Below are positions 38,920 through 48,002 of a DNA stretch of 64,000 bases, piece after piece (positions within the stretch are counted from its first letter, which is position 1; every line of letters starts with the position of its first letter). A program made the translations under genes and the position numbers. This DNA is from an uncultured Gammaproteobacteria bacterium (GTDB lineage: Bacteria; Patescibacteriota; Microgenomatia; Levybacterales; GWA1-39-11). The stretch lies in assembly GCA_964448725.1 (NCBI GenBank), contig CAYVAJ010000003.1, forward strand, positions 17,867 through 81,866, written 5' to 3'. The notes under the pieces were generated by a model that saw nothing but the letters and a program-made list of their open reading frames with translations, was not told the origin of the DNA and did no database searches.

Positions 38920-38980
38920 TGGGTAGCACGTAGCTTATAGAAGCTACAAGCCATTCGCCATAAGCTATACGCTAAAAATT
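38911..38980 (+). repeat. copy 2 of the ~65-nt intercistronic hairpin element (rplE-rpsN)
   Basis: About 58 of 64 positions identical to copy 1, including the terminal codons AGC AAA TAG; stem GTAGCTT-ATAG-AAGCTAC at 38930..38947. Confidence 0.9.
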
Positions 38981-39166
38981 ATGGCTAAAAAATCTGACGT
39001 AGTAAAATTTGAAAAAAAACAAAAATATAGTACACGAGAGAAAAACAGATGTGCGATCTGTGGGCGGTCTCGTGCGTTTATTAGAATGTATGGAATGTGT
39101 AGAATCTGCTTTAGAGAGAAAGCACTGAAAGGACAGTTGCCAGGTGTGAAAAAAGCAAGCTGGTAA
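38981..39166 (+). CDS. rpsZ: 30S ribosomal protein S14, zinc-binding type Z
   Basis: 61 aa with [23 protein letters not shown] (CxxC...CxxC). Confidence 0.95.
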   Translation: MAKKSDVVKFEKKQKYSTREKNRCAICGRSRAFIRMYGMCRICFREKALKGQLPGVKKASW

Positions 39167-39183
39167 GAGAAAGGAAAAATATT

Positions 39184-39576
39184 ATGACAAATTATACAAT
39201 GGGTGATTTTATGATAAGAATTAAAAATGCGTATATGGCGCATCTGCCTGTAGTTGAGGCGCCGTACTCAAAAGCATCTCTTGCATTGGCAAAGATTTTG
39301 GCTGATAACAAATTTGTAAAAAAAGTTGAGGAGAAAGAAGTTGATGGATGGAAAAAAATTGTAGTAACGTTGAGTTATAACAAAAGAAATCCAGCCTTAA
39401 ATGATGTGAAGATCATCTCAACTCCATCACTGCATATTTATGTTAAAAAACATGAGTTGCCTTCAAAAGTTCGAGAGCTTGGAATTCATATTGTTTCAAC
39501 CAGTAAAGGAATTATGTCAGATGAAGACGCTATGAAGAATGGAGTAGGAGGAAAATTACTGTTTCAAGTACAGTAA
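39184..39576 (+). CDS. rpsH: 30S ribosomal protein S8
   Basis: GDFMIRIKNAYMA...; AAAGGAAA RBS. Confidence 0.93.
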   Translation: MTNYTMGDFMIRIKNAYMAHLPVVEAPYSKASLALAKILADNKFVKKVEEKEVDGWKKIVVTLSYNKRNPALNDVKIISTPSLHIYVKKHELPSKVRELGIHIVSTSKGIMSDEDAMKNGVGGKLLFQVQ

Positions 39577-39600
39577 GAAAGAAGTGACGATTGAGAGATT

Positions 39601-39635
39601 AAATAATCAATCATCAATAATAAATAGTCAATAAA
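39601..39635 (+). repeat. leader motif A copy (rplF)
   Basis: AAATAATCAATCATCAATAATAAATAGTCAATAAA 5 nt before the ATG; GTGACGATTGAG directly after the rpsH stop. Confidence 0.8.
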
Positions 39636-39640
39636 ATATT

Positions 39641-40183
39641 ATGTCAAATATCGGAAAACAACCAGTAACAATTACAGCAGGAGTACAAGTCACGATTGAT
39701 GGACGAAATACAGTGATTACCGGACCAAAAGGAACGCTTGAACAGCGGATTCCTATGGGAATCACAATTGAGCAAACAGACGGACAATTAATTGTTAAAA
39801 AAGTACGTGATAGTCGTGAAGTTGAAAAATTTTATGGATTAACCAGAGCTTTGCTTGCAAATATGGTAACTGGTGTAACTGACGGTTTTACTAAACAACT
39901 AGAGTTACACGGAGTTGGTTATCGTGCAAAAGTAGAAGGACAGGATCTGGTATTAAATGTTGGATTTGCTCATCCAGTACGTATTACTCCTCCTGAGGGA
40001 GTAACTTTTACGGTTACTGATAATAATATTTATGTGTCAGGAATTAATAAAGCTCTTGTAGGCGATATTGCAAGTAAAATCCGAAAAGTTCGTCCGCCGG
40101 ATCCTTATAAATCCAAAGGAATCCGATACACAGGTGAGAAATTAAAGAAAAAAGCAGGAAAATCAGCAAAAGCTGGAAAGTAG
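39641..40183 (+). CDS. rplF: 50S ribosomal protein L6
   Basis: MSNIGKQPVTIT.GV.VTIDG..TVITGPKGTL two-domain L6. Confidence 0.95.
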   Translation: MSNIGKQPVTITAGVQVTIDGRNTVITGPKGTLEQRIPMGITIEQTDGQLIVKKVRDSREVEKFYGLTRALLANMVTGVTDGFTKQLELHGVGYRAKVEGQDLVLNVGFAHPVRITPPEGVTFTVTDNNIYVSGINKALVGDIASKIRKVRPPDPYKSKGIRYTGEKLKKKAGKSAKAGK

Positions 40184-40261
40184 TAGAAAGGAAATAAGCG
40201 AAAAGTTTAAAGATAATAAAAATAATTTTACACTTTACACTTTAAGCTTTGCATTTGAAAT

Positions 40262-40621
40262 ATGAGTGAATTACTAACAAAACAAGAAAGACGAATAAGA
40301 CGCATTAATAGAGTGCGAAGTAAATTATTGGAGAATGGAGGAAAATTGCGGATTTCAGTTTTTGCATCAAATAAGCATCTCTATGCACAGATCATTGATG
40401 ATGCAAAGGGTGTAACTCTCGTTAGTGTTTCTGCATCAGAAGTAAAAGCTGTAAAAGGATCAAAATCAGATATTGCAGCAAGTCTTGGAACATTGCTTGC
40501 TCAAAAAGCACAAAGTGCAAAAATAGGTAATAATTTGGTTTTTGATAAAGGTAGATACAAATATCATGGACGTGTAAAAGCATTTGCAGATGCAGCACGT
40601 GCAGGAGGGCTTAAGTTCTAG
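40262..40621 (+). CDS. rplR: 50S ribosomal protein L18
   Basis: RRIRRINRVRSKL...LRISVFASNKHLYAQIID.... Confidence 0.93.
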   Translation: MSELLTKQERRIRRINRVRSKLLENGGKLRISVFASNKHLYAQIIDDAKGVTLVSVSASEVKAVKGSKSDIAASLGTLLAQKAQSAKIGNNLVFDKGRYKYHGRVKAFADAARAGGLKF

Positions 40622-40653
40622 GTGTATAATAAATAGCTAGGAGTATAATTTAT

Positions 40654-41112
40654 ATGGATAATAATCAATCAAAATACGAAGAAAGAATAGTACAAATTAA
40701 CCGGGTTTCAAAGAAAACCAAAGGTGGAAATAAGGTGAGATTTGCTGCTTTGGTTGTTGTAGGAGACAAGCAAGGTAAAGTTGGAGTGGGACTTGGAAAA
40801 TCAGCAGATGTAGCAAGTGCAATTATTAAAGCAGTTGCATATGCAAAAAATAGACTTATTGATGTACCGATTGTGAATGAAACTATTCCTCATAAGATTC
40901 AAATTAAAGAGGGAGCTGCAGTTATTATGTTAAAACCTGCACCACAAGGAACTGGTATTATCGCAGGTGGAGCTGTGAGAAGTGTAGTAGAAGCAGCAGG
41001 AATCCGAAATATTTCATCCAAAATACTTGGAACATCTAATAAAGCAAGTAATGTATATGCAACATTTGAAGCATTGCGAGCACTTGCAAAACAAAATGGA
41101 GGAATAAAATAA
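40654..41112 (+). CDS. rpsE: 30S ribosomal protein S5
   Basis: RIVQINRVSKKTKGGNKVRFAALVVVGD..GKVGVGLGKS... Confidence 0.95.
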   Translation: MDNNQSKYEERIVQINRVSKKTKGGNKVRFAALVVVGDKQGKVGVGLGKSADVASAIIKAVAYAKNRLIDVPIVNETIPHKIQIKEGAAVIMLKPAPQGTGIIAGGAVRSVVEAAGIRNISSKILGTSNKASNVYATFEALRALAKQNGGIK

Positions 41113-41540
41113 TGGAATTACATAAAAGTCCAAAATTAATTGCAGCAAGTGATAAACGGCTTGGTCGTGGTCATGGGTCAGGGCGAGGAAAGACATCTGG
41201 TCGTGGAACCAAAGGACAAAAAGCACGAGGAGCTATTAGCTTATCATTTGAAGGTGGAGCACTCCCGCTTATCAAACGTATGCCTTTTCTGAGAGGAAAA
41301 GGGCGAAATAGTGGAATTAAAGTACCAGCGGTTGAGATTACATTATCAGACTTAGATAAATTGCAAGCAAAGAGTACAGTAACCAAAGATTTTCTTATAG
41401 AAAAAGGCGTTATTGAAAAAAATACAAAGCGCGTCAAAGTTATTGCAACAGGAACAATTGAAACAGCGGTAACAGTACAGATACCTGCTTCAAAAGGTGC
41501 TATTGCAGCAATTGAAAAAGCAGGCGGAAAAGTAGAATAG
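41112..41540 (+). CDS. rplO: 50S ribosomal protein L15 (follows S5 directly; no L30 gene)
   Basis: LGRGHGSGRGKTSGRGTKGQKARG signature; start overlaps the rpsE stop (TAATG). Confidence 0.93.
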   Translation: MELHKSPKLIAASDKRLGRGHGSGRGKTSGRGTKGQKARGAISLSFEGGALPLIKRMPFLRGKGRNSGIKVPAVEITLSDLDKLQAKSTVTKDFLIEKGVIEKNTKRVKVIATGTIETAVTVQIPASKGAIAAIEKAGGKVE

Positions 41541-41578
41541 ATTGGTGATTGACTAGTTATAATTGACGATTAAACTGT

Positions 41579-41612
41579 AATAGTCAATAATCAATAATAA
41601 ATAGTCAATAAA
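41579..41612 (+). repeat. leader motif A copy (secY), 34/34 identical to 35666..35699
   Basis: AATAGTCAATAATCAATAATAAATAGTCAATAAA; preceded by TTGACTAG..TTGACGATT elements after the rplO stop. Confidence 0.9.
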
Positions 41613-41617
41613 AATAT

Positions 41618-42901
41618 ATGGCCTCATTTTTTAGTCTCTTTAAGAATAGCGTGAAGGATCGGGAGATTCGGCGAAAACTTGCTATCACTGCTCTTCTCTT
41701 TCTGGTTTTTCGTTTTTTTGCACATATTCCCGTTTTCGGAGTAAATATTACACAGCTGCAATCTCTTTTTGCACAAAATCAATTTTTAGGTTTACTTGAT
41801 ATTTTCTCTGGCGGCACAATCTCAAACTTTTCAGTTCTCGCATTAGGATTAGGTCCTTACATTTATGCCTCAATTGTGCTGCAGCTTTTGACAGTTGTAT
41901 ATCCTAAATTGGAAGCTCTCTCAAAAGAGGGTGAGTATGGTAGACAAAAAATTAATCAATATACCCGTTACTTGACTGTCCCATTAGCACTTATCCAAGG
42001 ATTTGGAATATATGCGCTATTACGATCTCAAAATCTCATTGGTAATTTAGGTATTGTTGATCTCGCATCATTTATTATTACGCTTGTTGCGGGAACATTA
42101 TTTGTTATGTGGATTGGTGAGCTGCTCTCTGAACAAGGGATTGGAAATGGAATATCATTACTCATCTTTGCTGGTATTGTAAATAGAATTCCTGTAATTG
42201 CAGGACAGACACTAAGCACGCTCGGACAGGCAGATATTATGAATATTCTATTATTCCTAGGAATTGGAGTAGCTATGGTTGCAGCAGTTGTAATGATTAA
42301 TGAAGCAGTTCGCCGTGTTCCTATATTTTATGCTCGCCGTGTTCGTGGATCGCAATCTGTATCTGCACAAAGTACTCATCTACCGCTTAAATTAAATCAA
42401 GCAGGTGTTATTCCGATTATTTTTGCAGTATCATTTGTTTTGCTTCCATCAATGATGGGAAATTATTTTTTGGCTTCAAGTAATCAAACAATGAATGAAA
42501 TTGGACGCTTTTTTGCTACCTATTTCAGCCCACAGCATCCAGTATATAATATTATTTATTTTGTGATGGTAGTCGGGTTTACATACCTCTATACTGCAAT
42601 TATTTTCAACCCTCAGAAGATCTCAGAAGACCTTCAAAAACAGGGAGGATTTATTCCTGGAATAAGACCAGGTAAGCCAACTGCTTCATTTTTAAATACG
42701 ATTGTCACGAGAATCACTCTTGCTGGTGCACTATTTTTGGGTATAATTGCTGTGTTGCCTAATTTACTTGGGTTACTCACAAATACACAAAGTTTGATTA
42801 TTGGTGGTACAAGTATTTTGATTGTAGTATCAGTGGTGATTGAGACTATTAAAATCTTAGAAGTACAGCGGACGACACGAAGTTATGATCAATTCCAATA
42901 A
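41618..42901 (+). CDS. secY: preprotein translocase subunit SecY
   Basis: 10-TM protein with SecY signatures, in the canonical position after rplO. Confidence 0.95.
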   Translation: MASFFSLFKNSVKDREIRRKLAITALLFLVFRFFAHIPVFGVNITQLQSLFAQNQFLGLLDIFSGGTISNFSVLALGLGPYIYASIVLQLLTVVYPKLEALSKEGEYGRQKINQYTRYLTVPLALIQGFGIYALLRSQNLIGNLGIVDLASFIITLVAGTLFVMWIGELLSEQGIGNGISLLIFAGIVNRIPVIAGQTLSTLGQADIMNILLFLGIGVAMVAAVVMINEAVRRVPIFYARRVRGSQSVSAQSTHLPLKLNQAGVIPIIFAVSFVLLPSMMGNYFLASSNQTMNEIGRFFATYFSPQHPVYNIIYFVMVVGFTYLYTAIIFNPQKISEDLQKQGGFIPGIRPGKPTASFLNTIVTRITLAGALFLGIIAVLPNLLGLLTNTQSLIIGGTSILIVVSVVIETIKILEVQRTTRSYDQFQ

Positions 42902-42936
42902 TTTAATTGATCATATAAAAAGATAGGAATAACGTA

Positions 42937-43491
42937 TTGAAATTAGTACTAATTGGAATACAAGGATCAGGAAAATCTACACAGGGGAATTTGCTCGCAG
43001 AAAAGCTAAAAATCCCCTATCTTTCTACAGGACATATTCTTCGAGAGCTATCAAAAGAGAAAACTAGACTTGGTCGGTATATTAAAGAGACAATCAATGC
43101 CGGAGTACTTGTACCTGACAGTCGCATGATTCCTATTGTTGAGGAATATCTACAGCGTTCTGAATATGAAAAAGGGTATATTTTGGATGGATTCCCCAGA
43201 ACTATTGCACAAGCAAGAGTATTTAATGGAGAGGTAGACAAAGTTATCTATCTAAATGTTTCCGACAAAGAGGCACTATGGCGCTTGTCATATCGAGAAG
43301 AAAACGATACAGACGATCGTGAAGATTCTACGCTACTTGCGATTCGTAAAAGAATAGAACTTTTTCATGAATATACAAAGCCAGTATTAGAGTTTTATAA
43401 AAAGAGAAGACAGCTTATTGAAATAAACGGTGAACAGGAAATTAAAAAAATTCACAAAGAGATTATGCAAAAGCTTAAAGCTGCCAAATGA
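42937..43491 (+). CDS. adk: adenylate kinase (short form, no zinc lid)
   Basis: TTG start; P-loop GIQGSGKSTQ; ILDGFPRT; stop TGA overlaps the cmk ATG (ATGA). Confidence 0.9.
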   Translation: MKLVLIGIQGSGKSTQGNLLAEKLKIPYLSTGHILRELSKEKTRLGRYIKETINAGVLVPDSRMIPIVEEYLQRSEYEKGYILDGFPRTIAQARVFNGEVDKVIYLNVSDKEALWRLSYREENDTDDREDSTLLAIRKRIELFHEYTKPVLEFYKKRRQLIEINGEQEIKKIHKEIMQKLKAAK

Positions 43492-44207
43492 AAAAAGGAT
43501 TTATCATAGCAATTGATGGACCAGTCGCTTCAGGAAAAGGTACTATTGCCAAAAAACTTTCTCAAATAATTAATGCTCTGAATTTTAACTCCGGTGGAAT
43601 ATATAGAGCATATGCCAGTAAGTTGCTGAGTCATGGAATACATCAAAACGATGAACAGGCCATTCAAGAAACCCTCAAGCCAGGAGAAGCTGAAATTATT
43701 ATTGATCCTGAAAACCATGATGAGTTTGTTATTACGCTTGAAGGCGTTGACGTAACAGAACAGTTACTTATACCTGAAATCTCAATGGCTGCATCAGATT
43801 TTGGTAAAAGTAAAGCGTTTGTAGAATTTATAAGTAGCGAATTGAGAAGAATAGCAAAAAAATATGAAAGTTTGGGCCTTGGTATTATTATGGAAGGACG
43901 ACAGATAGGAACGGATGTGTTCCCTGATGCAGATGTAAAACTATTTCTAACAGCTGATTTACAAACACGATCCAAACGGCGGTATACACAATATCAGGCT
44001 AATAATATCGCTCGAACAATTGAAGAGGTTATAACAGAGACAAGTAAACGTGATGAACAAGATATGAGCAGAGAATTTGGTGCGCTTCCCCGCTATCCTG
44101 AAAAGTTAGGATATGTTATCATAGATAACTCAAAGCTCACTGAGCAGGAAACATTGGATGCAATTCTTACAATTTTGCAAAAAAAAGGTATATGGATAAA
44201 AAAATAG
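43488..44207 (+). CDS. cmk: cytidylate kinase
   Basis: IAIDGPVASGKGTIAKKL P-loop; IIMEGRQIGTDVFPDADVKLFLTA. Confidence 0.85.
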   Translation: MKKGFIIAIDGPVASGKGTIAKKLSQIINALNFNSGGIYRAYASKLLSHGIHQNDEQAIQETLKPGEAEIIIDPENHDEFVITLEGVDVTEQLLIPEISMAASDFGKSKAFVEFISSELRRIAKKYESLGLGIIMEGRQIGTDVFPDADVKLFLTADLQTRSKRRYTQYQANNIARTIEEVITETSKRDEQDMSREFGALPRYPEKLGYVIIDNSKLTEQETLDAILTILQKKGIWIKK

Positions 44208-44998
44208 AGCAAAAAATTGAAGCAATGACTAAAGCAGGCAATATTTTAGGTGCTGCTATGGATGAAGTGTTAAAACAAGCGCAACCAGGCGTAACAGAAC
44301 TAGAATTAGATAAGATTGTTGATACCTTCATTACAAAAAATGGCGGATTTCCTGGATTTAAAAAGGTACCTGGGTATAAACATGCTATCTGTGCATGTAC
44401 CAATGATGTCGTGGTCCATGGAATTCCAAAAAATCGTGTGCTACAAGAGGGAGATAGTATTTGTATTGATACAGGAGTGTATGTAGATGGATATCACACA
44501 GATATGGGTGAAACTATTAAGATAGGTGGAAAAATTGTAGATACTGTTAATGAGGAAGATGAAGTTGGAAAGTTTTTCTCTGTGGGTAAAAGAACAATGT
44601 GGAGAGCAATAGAACAGGCACTACCAGGGAATAGAGTTGGTCATATATCACAAGTGATTCAAGAAAACGTTGAAGGGGCAGGGTATTCTGTTGTTCGTAA
44701 TCTAGTTGGCCATGGTGTAGGTAAAACATTACATGAAAAACCAGAAATTCCTGGTATTCTCAGTCAACCAATTGAGAAAACACCAGTTATAAAAGCAGGC
44801 ATGACCCTTGCTATTGAAGTAATTTATAATATGGGAGAGCCGGATGTGGAGTATGAAGGTGAGGACGGATGGACAATCGTCACTGCAGACGGGTCATTAT
44901 CTGCAGTATTTGAACGGACTATTTTGGTCAGTGATGAGGGGCCTATATTATTGACGAAATTGCCTTCAGATGAGATCACGCGTACCCTTGCGTTATAG
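44192..44998 (+). CDS. map: methionine aminopeptidase type I
   Basis: Pita-bread fold metal ligands (D..D..H..E..E context: ICIDTGVYVDGYHTD, HGVGKTLHE, LAIEV). Confidence 0.9.
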   Translation: MDKKIEQKIEAMTKAGNILGAAMDEVLKQAQPGVTELELDKIVDTFITKNGGFPGFKKVPGYKHAICACTNDVVVHGIPKNRVLQEGDSICIDTGVYVDGYHTDMGETIKIGGKIVDTVNEEDEVGKFFSVGKRTMWRAIEQALPGNRVGHISQVIQENVEGAGYSVVRNLVGHGVGKTLHEKPEIPGILSQPIEKTPVIKAGMTLAIEVIYNMGEPDVEYEGEDGWTIVTADGSLSAVFERTILVSDEGPILLTKLPSDEITRTLAL

Positions 44999-45105
44999 TA
45001 TTGATTACCTGTAAGAAATCTGTTAGAATAACTCATCCCAGTATTTGTAGGGTAGTTTTGTGTGGATTCATTAAGAATCGATAGATCCTCCAATTTGGGC
45101 TAAAT

Positions 45106-45324
45106 ATGGCACATCAAGGATCGATTGAAATTGACGGAGTGGTAAAGGAAGTGCTGCCTAATACATTGTTTCGAGTAGAAGTTGAGGGTGGGCATGAGGT
45201 GTTGTGTCATTTATCAGGTAAGATGAGAATTCATTTCATCAAAATCTTACCAGGAGACAAAGTAAAGATCGAAGTGACACCATATGATAAGACGAAGGGA
45301 AGAATAACATACAGACTTCGTTAA
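45106..45324 (+). CDS. infA: translation initiation factor IF-1
   Basis: 72-aa S1-like OB protein ([31 protein letters not shown]). Confidence 0.93.
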   Translation: MAHQGSIEIDGVVKEVLPNTLFRVEVEGGHEVLCHLSGKMRIHFIKILPGDKVKIEVTPYDKTKGRITYRLR

Positions 45325-45420
45325 GCGGAGAACGGAGAACGAGTAGCGTAAAGCTTATGTAGATTTATAAATATACTACTCAGTTTTACACTTTAAGATT
45401 TAAGCTTTAAATTATATATT

Positions 45421-45810
45421 ATGCGTTTAGTAGGAGTAAATTTACCAGATAACAAGCGGATTGATATAGCACTTACCTATATTTATGGGGTAGGGCGTAC
45501 TAATGTGTACGAAATATTAAAAAAAGCAAATATTGATCCAGCTGTACGGAGTCATACGCTTAATGAAGAAGAATTAGGAAGATTACAAAAAGCACTTGAG
45601 CCTTACAAAATTGAAGGTGATCTTCGTGCTGAAATATTTGAAAATACCAAAAGACTTCGTGAAATCTCTAGTTATCGGGGAATAAGACATACTCGTGGTC
45701 TTCCGGCACATGGACAGCGGACTCGTTCTAATGCACGTACAAAGCGAGGAAAGAGAGTAACTATTGGAGCTATCCGAAAAGAAGTAGCAGAGAGAATGGG
45801 GGTAAAATAA
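45421..45810 (+). CDS. rpsM: 30S ribosomal protein S13
   Basis: MRLVGVNLPDNKRIDIALTYIYGVG... Confidence 0.95.
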   Translation: MRLVGVNLPDNKRIDIALTYIYGVGRTNVYEILKKANIDPAVRSHTLNEEELGRLQKALEPYKIEGDLRAEIFENTKRLREISSYRGIRHTRGLPAHGQRTRSNARTKRGKRVTIGAIRKEVAERMGVK

Positions 45811-45878
45811 ATTGAGAATTGAAAATGGAGAATTGAAAAATAATTCTCAAATCTCAACTCTCAATTATCAATTTTAAT

Positions 45879-46280
45879 ATGGCTAAACCAAGAGCAGCAA
45901 AAAAAGCAACAAAAAAACAGAAGCAGATGGTAACAACCGGTAATGGCCGTGTATATGTTAGCACAACATTTAATAATACTATTGTTACGGTAACAAACGA
46001 AAAAGGAGATGCTGTCGCATGGAGTAGCGCAGGCGCTGCTGGATTTAAAGGTGCTCGGAAATCAACTCCTTATGCTTCAACTTCAGTAGTTGAAGATGCA
46101 ATAAAAAAAGCTCGTGAAGTAGGAGTAACTTCTGTAGAAGTATATATTAAAGGTCCAGGTGTGGGGCGTGATGCAGCACTACGTGCAATCCGCAATTCAG
46201 GCGTGACTATTGCTATGATTGCTGATATCACACCGATTCCACACAACGGTCCAAGACCAAAGAAGAAAAGAAGAAACTAA
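45879..46280 (+). CDS. rpsK: 30S ribosomal protein S11
   Basis: [40 protein letters not shown]. Confidence 0.95.
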   Translation: MAKPRAAKKATKKQKQMVTTGNGRVYVSTTFNNTIVTVTNEKGDAVAWSSAGAAGFKGARKSTPYASTSVVEDAIKKAREVGVTSVEVYIKGPGVGRDAALRAIRNSGVTIAMIADITPIPHNGPRPKKKRRN

Positions 46281-46285
46281 TTACT

Positions 46286-46888
46286 ATGGCACGATATACA
46301 GGTCCAAAACATAAATTGTCGAGAAGAGAAGGAGTAAACCTAACTGGGAAGCTCTCTCAATCTCTTGATCGCCGTTTAACAAATCCTCCAGGAGGACTGA
46401 ATCGTCGTGGCCGTCCACGTAAGATGTCCGAATATGGTATCCAGCTTCGGGAAAAACAAAAATTAAAGAGAATTTATGGACTTCTTGAAAAACAATTTTC
46501 AAACTATGTAGATGAAGCATCACGGTTAACTGGAAATACTGAGGAAGTTCTTATACAGTTACTTGAATCAAGACTTGATAATATGGTCTATCGTATGGGA
46601 TTTGCTAATTCTCGTGCTCAGGCGCGTCAATATGTGTCTCATGGTCATATCCTAGTAAACAATAGTAAAATAAGTATTCCTTCATATCGAGTAAAAGAAG
46701 GAGATGTTATATCACTTCGTCCAAAACTTGCAGAACTTGATATTATTAAATCAAAATTAGAGGAAGAACCAATTACTGATTTTGTAAAACGAACAAAAGG
46801 AAAAGGTAAAGTTTTACGCATGCCAACGCGTGATGAAGTAGCAAATCCAGTTGATTACGCTTTGGTTGTTGAATTTTACTCAAGATAA
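46286..46888 (+). CDS. rpsD: 30S ribosomal protein S4
   Basis: MARYTGPKHKLSRREG...; S4 domain RLDNMVYRMGFANSRAQARQYVSHGHILVNN. Confidence 0.95.
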   Translation: MARYTGPKHKLSRREGVNLTGKLSQSLDRRLTNPPGGLNRRGRPRKMSEYGIQLREKQKLKRIYGLLEKQFSNYVDEASRLTGNTEEVLIQLLESRLDNMVYRMGFANSRAQARQYVSHGHILVNNSKISIPSYRVKEGDVISLRPKLAELDIIKSKLEEEPITDFVKRTKGKGKVLRMPTRDEVANPVDYALVVEFYSR

Positions 46889-46963
46889 TAGTACAATAGT
46901 GTTCTGTGAGCCGTAACAGGCAATAATATATTTGTGGCTTGCAGGATTTTTAGGATAAAAAAT

Positions 46964-47902
46964 ATGATTGAACCAAATTTTAAAGTTATAGAAGAAGCAC
47001 AAGAAGGTGGATATACCCGATTTATTATCGAACCTCTTGAGCCAGGATTCGGACACACATTAGGTGTTGCGCTTCGCCGCGTCATGTTAAACAACATTGA
47101 AGGTGCAGCAGTAACCTCTGTCAAAATTGAAGGGGCAAAACACATGTTCTCTACACTCCCAGGACTAAAGGAAGATGTTATAGAATTAATCCTTAATATT
47201 AAAACTCTTCGAGTAAAATTAGCTGAAGGTCAATCTGAAGCTCGTATGACACTTTCTAAATCAGGTCAAGGTAAAGTACTTGCAAAGGATATTGAATTAA
47301 CTGAAGGTGTTGAAATCGTTGACCCAGAACATTACCTTGGAAGTTTAGCTGATAAAAGTTCAAAACTTGAAATTGAATTTATTGTTGAACGAGGTCTTGG
47401 ATATTCACTTGCAGAAGAACGAAAAGTTTCAACAGTTGGAGTAATTCCAATTGATGCTATCTTCTCTCCAATTCAAAAAGTTAACTATAAAGTAGAGCAA
47501 ACCCGCGTAGGACGCCAAACAAATTATGACAAAATTGTATTTGAAGTTTGGACAGACGGAACAGTTGATGCTCGACAAGCACTTGATGATTCAAGTAAGA
47601 TTCTTGTTTCTTATTTCTCAATGATCACTCAGCCAAAAACTGAGGGAGATGCTGTTACAGCTTCTGATGAAGATGGTGCATCAGCTACTCCTGCAATCTC
47701 AGATGATCTTATGCGCATGACAGTTGATGAGCTTGATCTCCCAACAAGAATTTATAACAGTCTTCGTAATGCAGGAATTGAGACAGTTGGTGATATGTTA
47801 AATACACCACGTAAGGAACTTATGACCTATCGAAATTTGGGTGCAAAATCATTGTCAATTATTGACGAAAGCCTGGCAGAAAAAGGAATTACGTATAAGT
47901 AA
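46964..47902 (+). CDS. rpoA: DNA-directed RNA polymerase alpha subunit
   Basis: Start set at MIEPNFKV after AGGA; NTD and CTD (ELDLPTRIYNSLRNAGIETVGDM) present. Confidence 0.92.
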   Translation: MIEPNFKVIEEAQEGGYTRFIIEPLEPGFGHTLGVALRRVMLNNIEGAAVTSVKIEGAKHMFSTLPGLKEDVIELILNIKTLRVKLAEGQSEARMTLSKSGQGKVLAKDIELTEGVEIVDPEHYLGSLADKSSKLEIEFIVERGLGYSLAEERKVSTVGVIPIDAIFSPIQKVNYKVEQTRVGRQTNYDKIVFEVWTDGTVDARQALDDSSKILVSYFSMITQPKTEGDAVTASDEDGASATPAISDDLMRMTVDELDLPTRIYNSLRNAGIETVGDMLNTPRKELMTYRNLGAKSLSIIDESLAEKGITYK

Positions 47903-47952
47903 TTAATTCAAAAATATAAATTTAGTGCTATTTGCGTCAAGGCTGACGCATT

Positions 47953-47977
47953 TTTTGTTAAAAAGGGCTTTTTATAA
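47953..47977 (+). terminator. rho-independent terminator after rpoA
   Basis: TGCGTCA-AGGC-TGACGCA followed by TTTTTTGTT. Confidence 0.7.
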
Positions 47978-48002
47978 TGGTGGACATATCTGGGAGGCAA
48001 TT

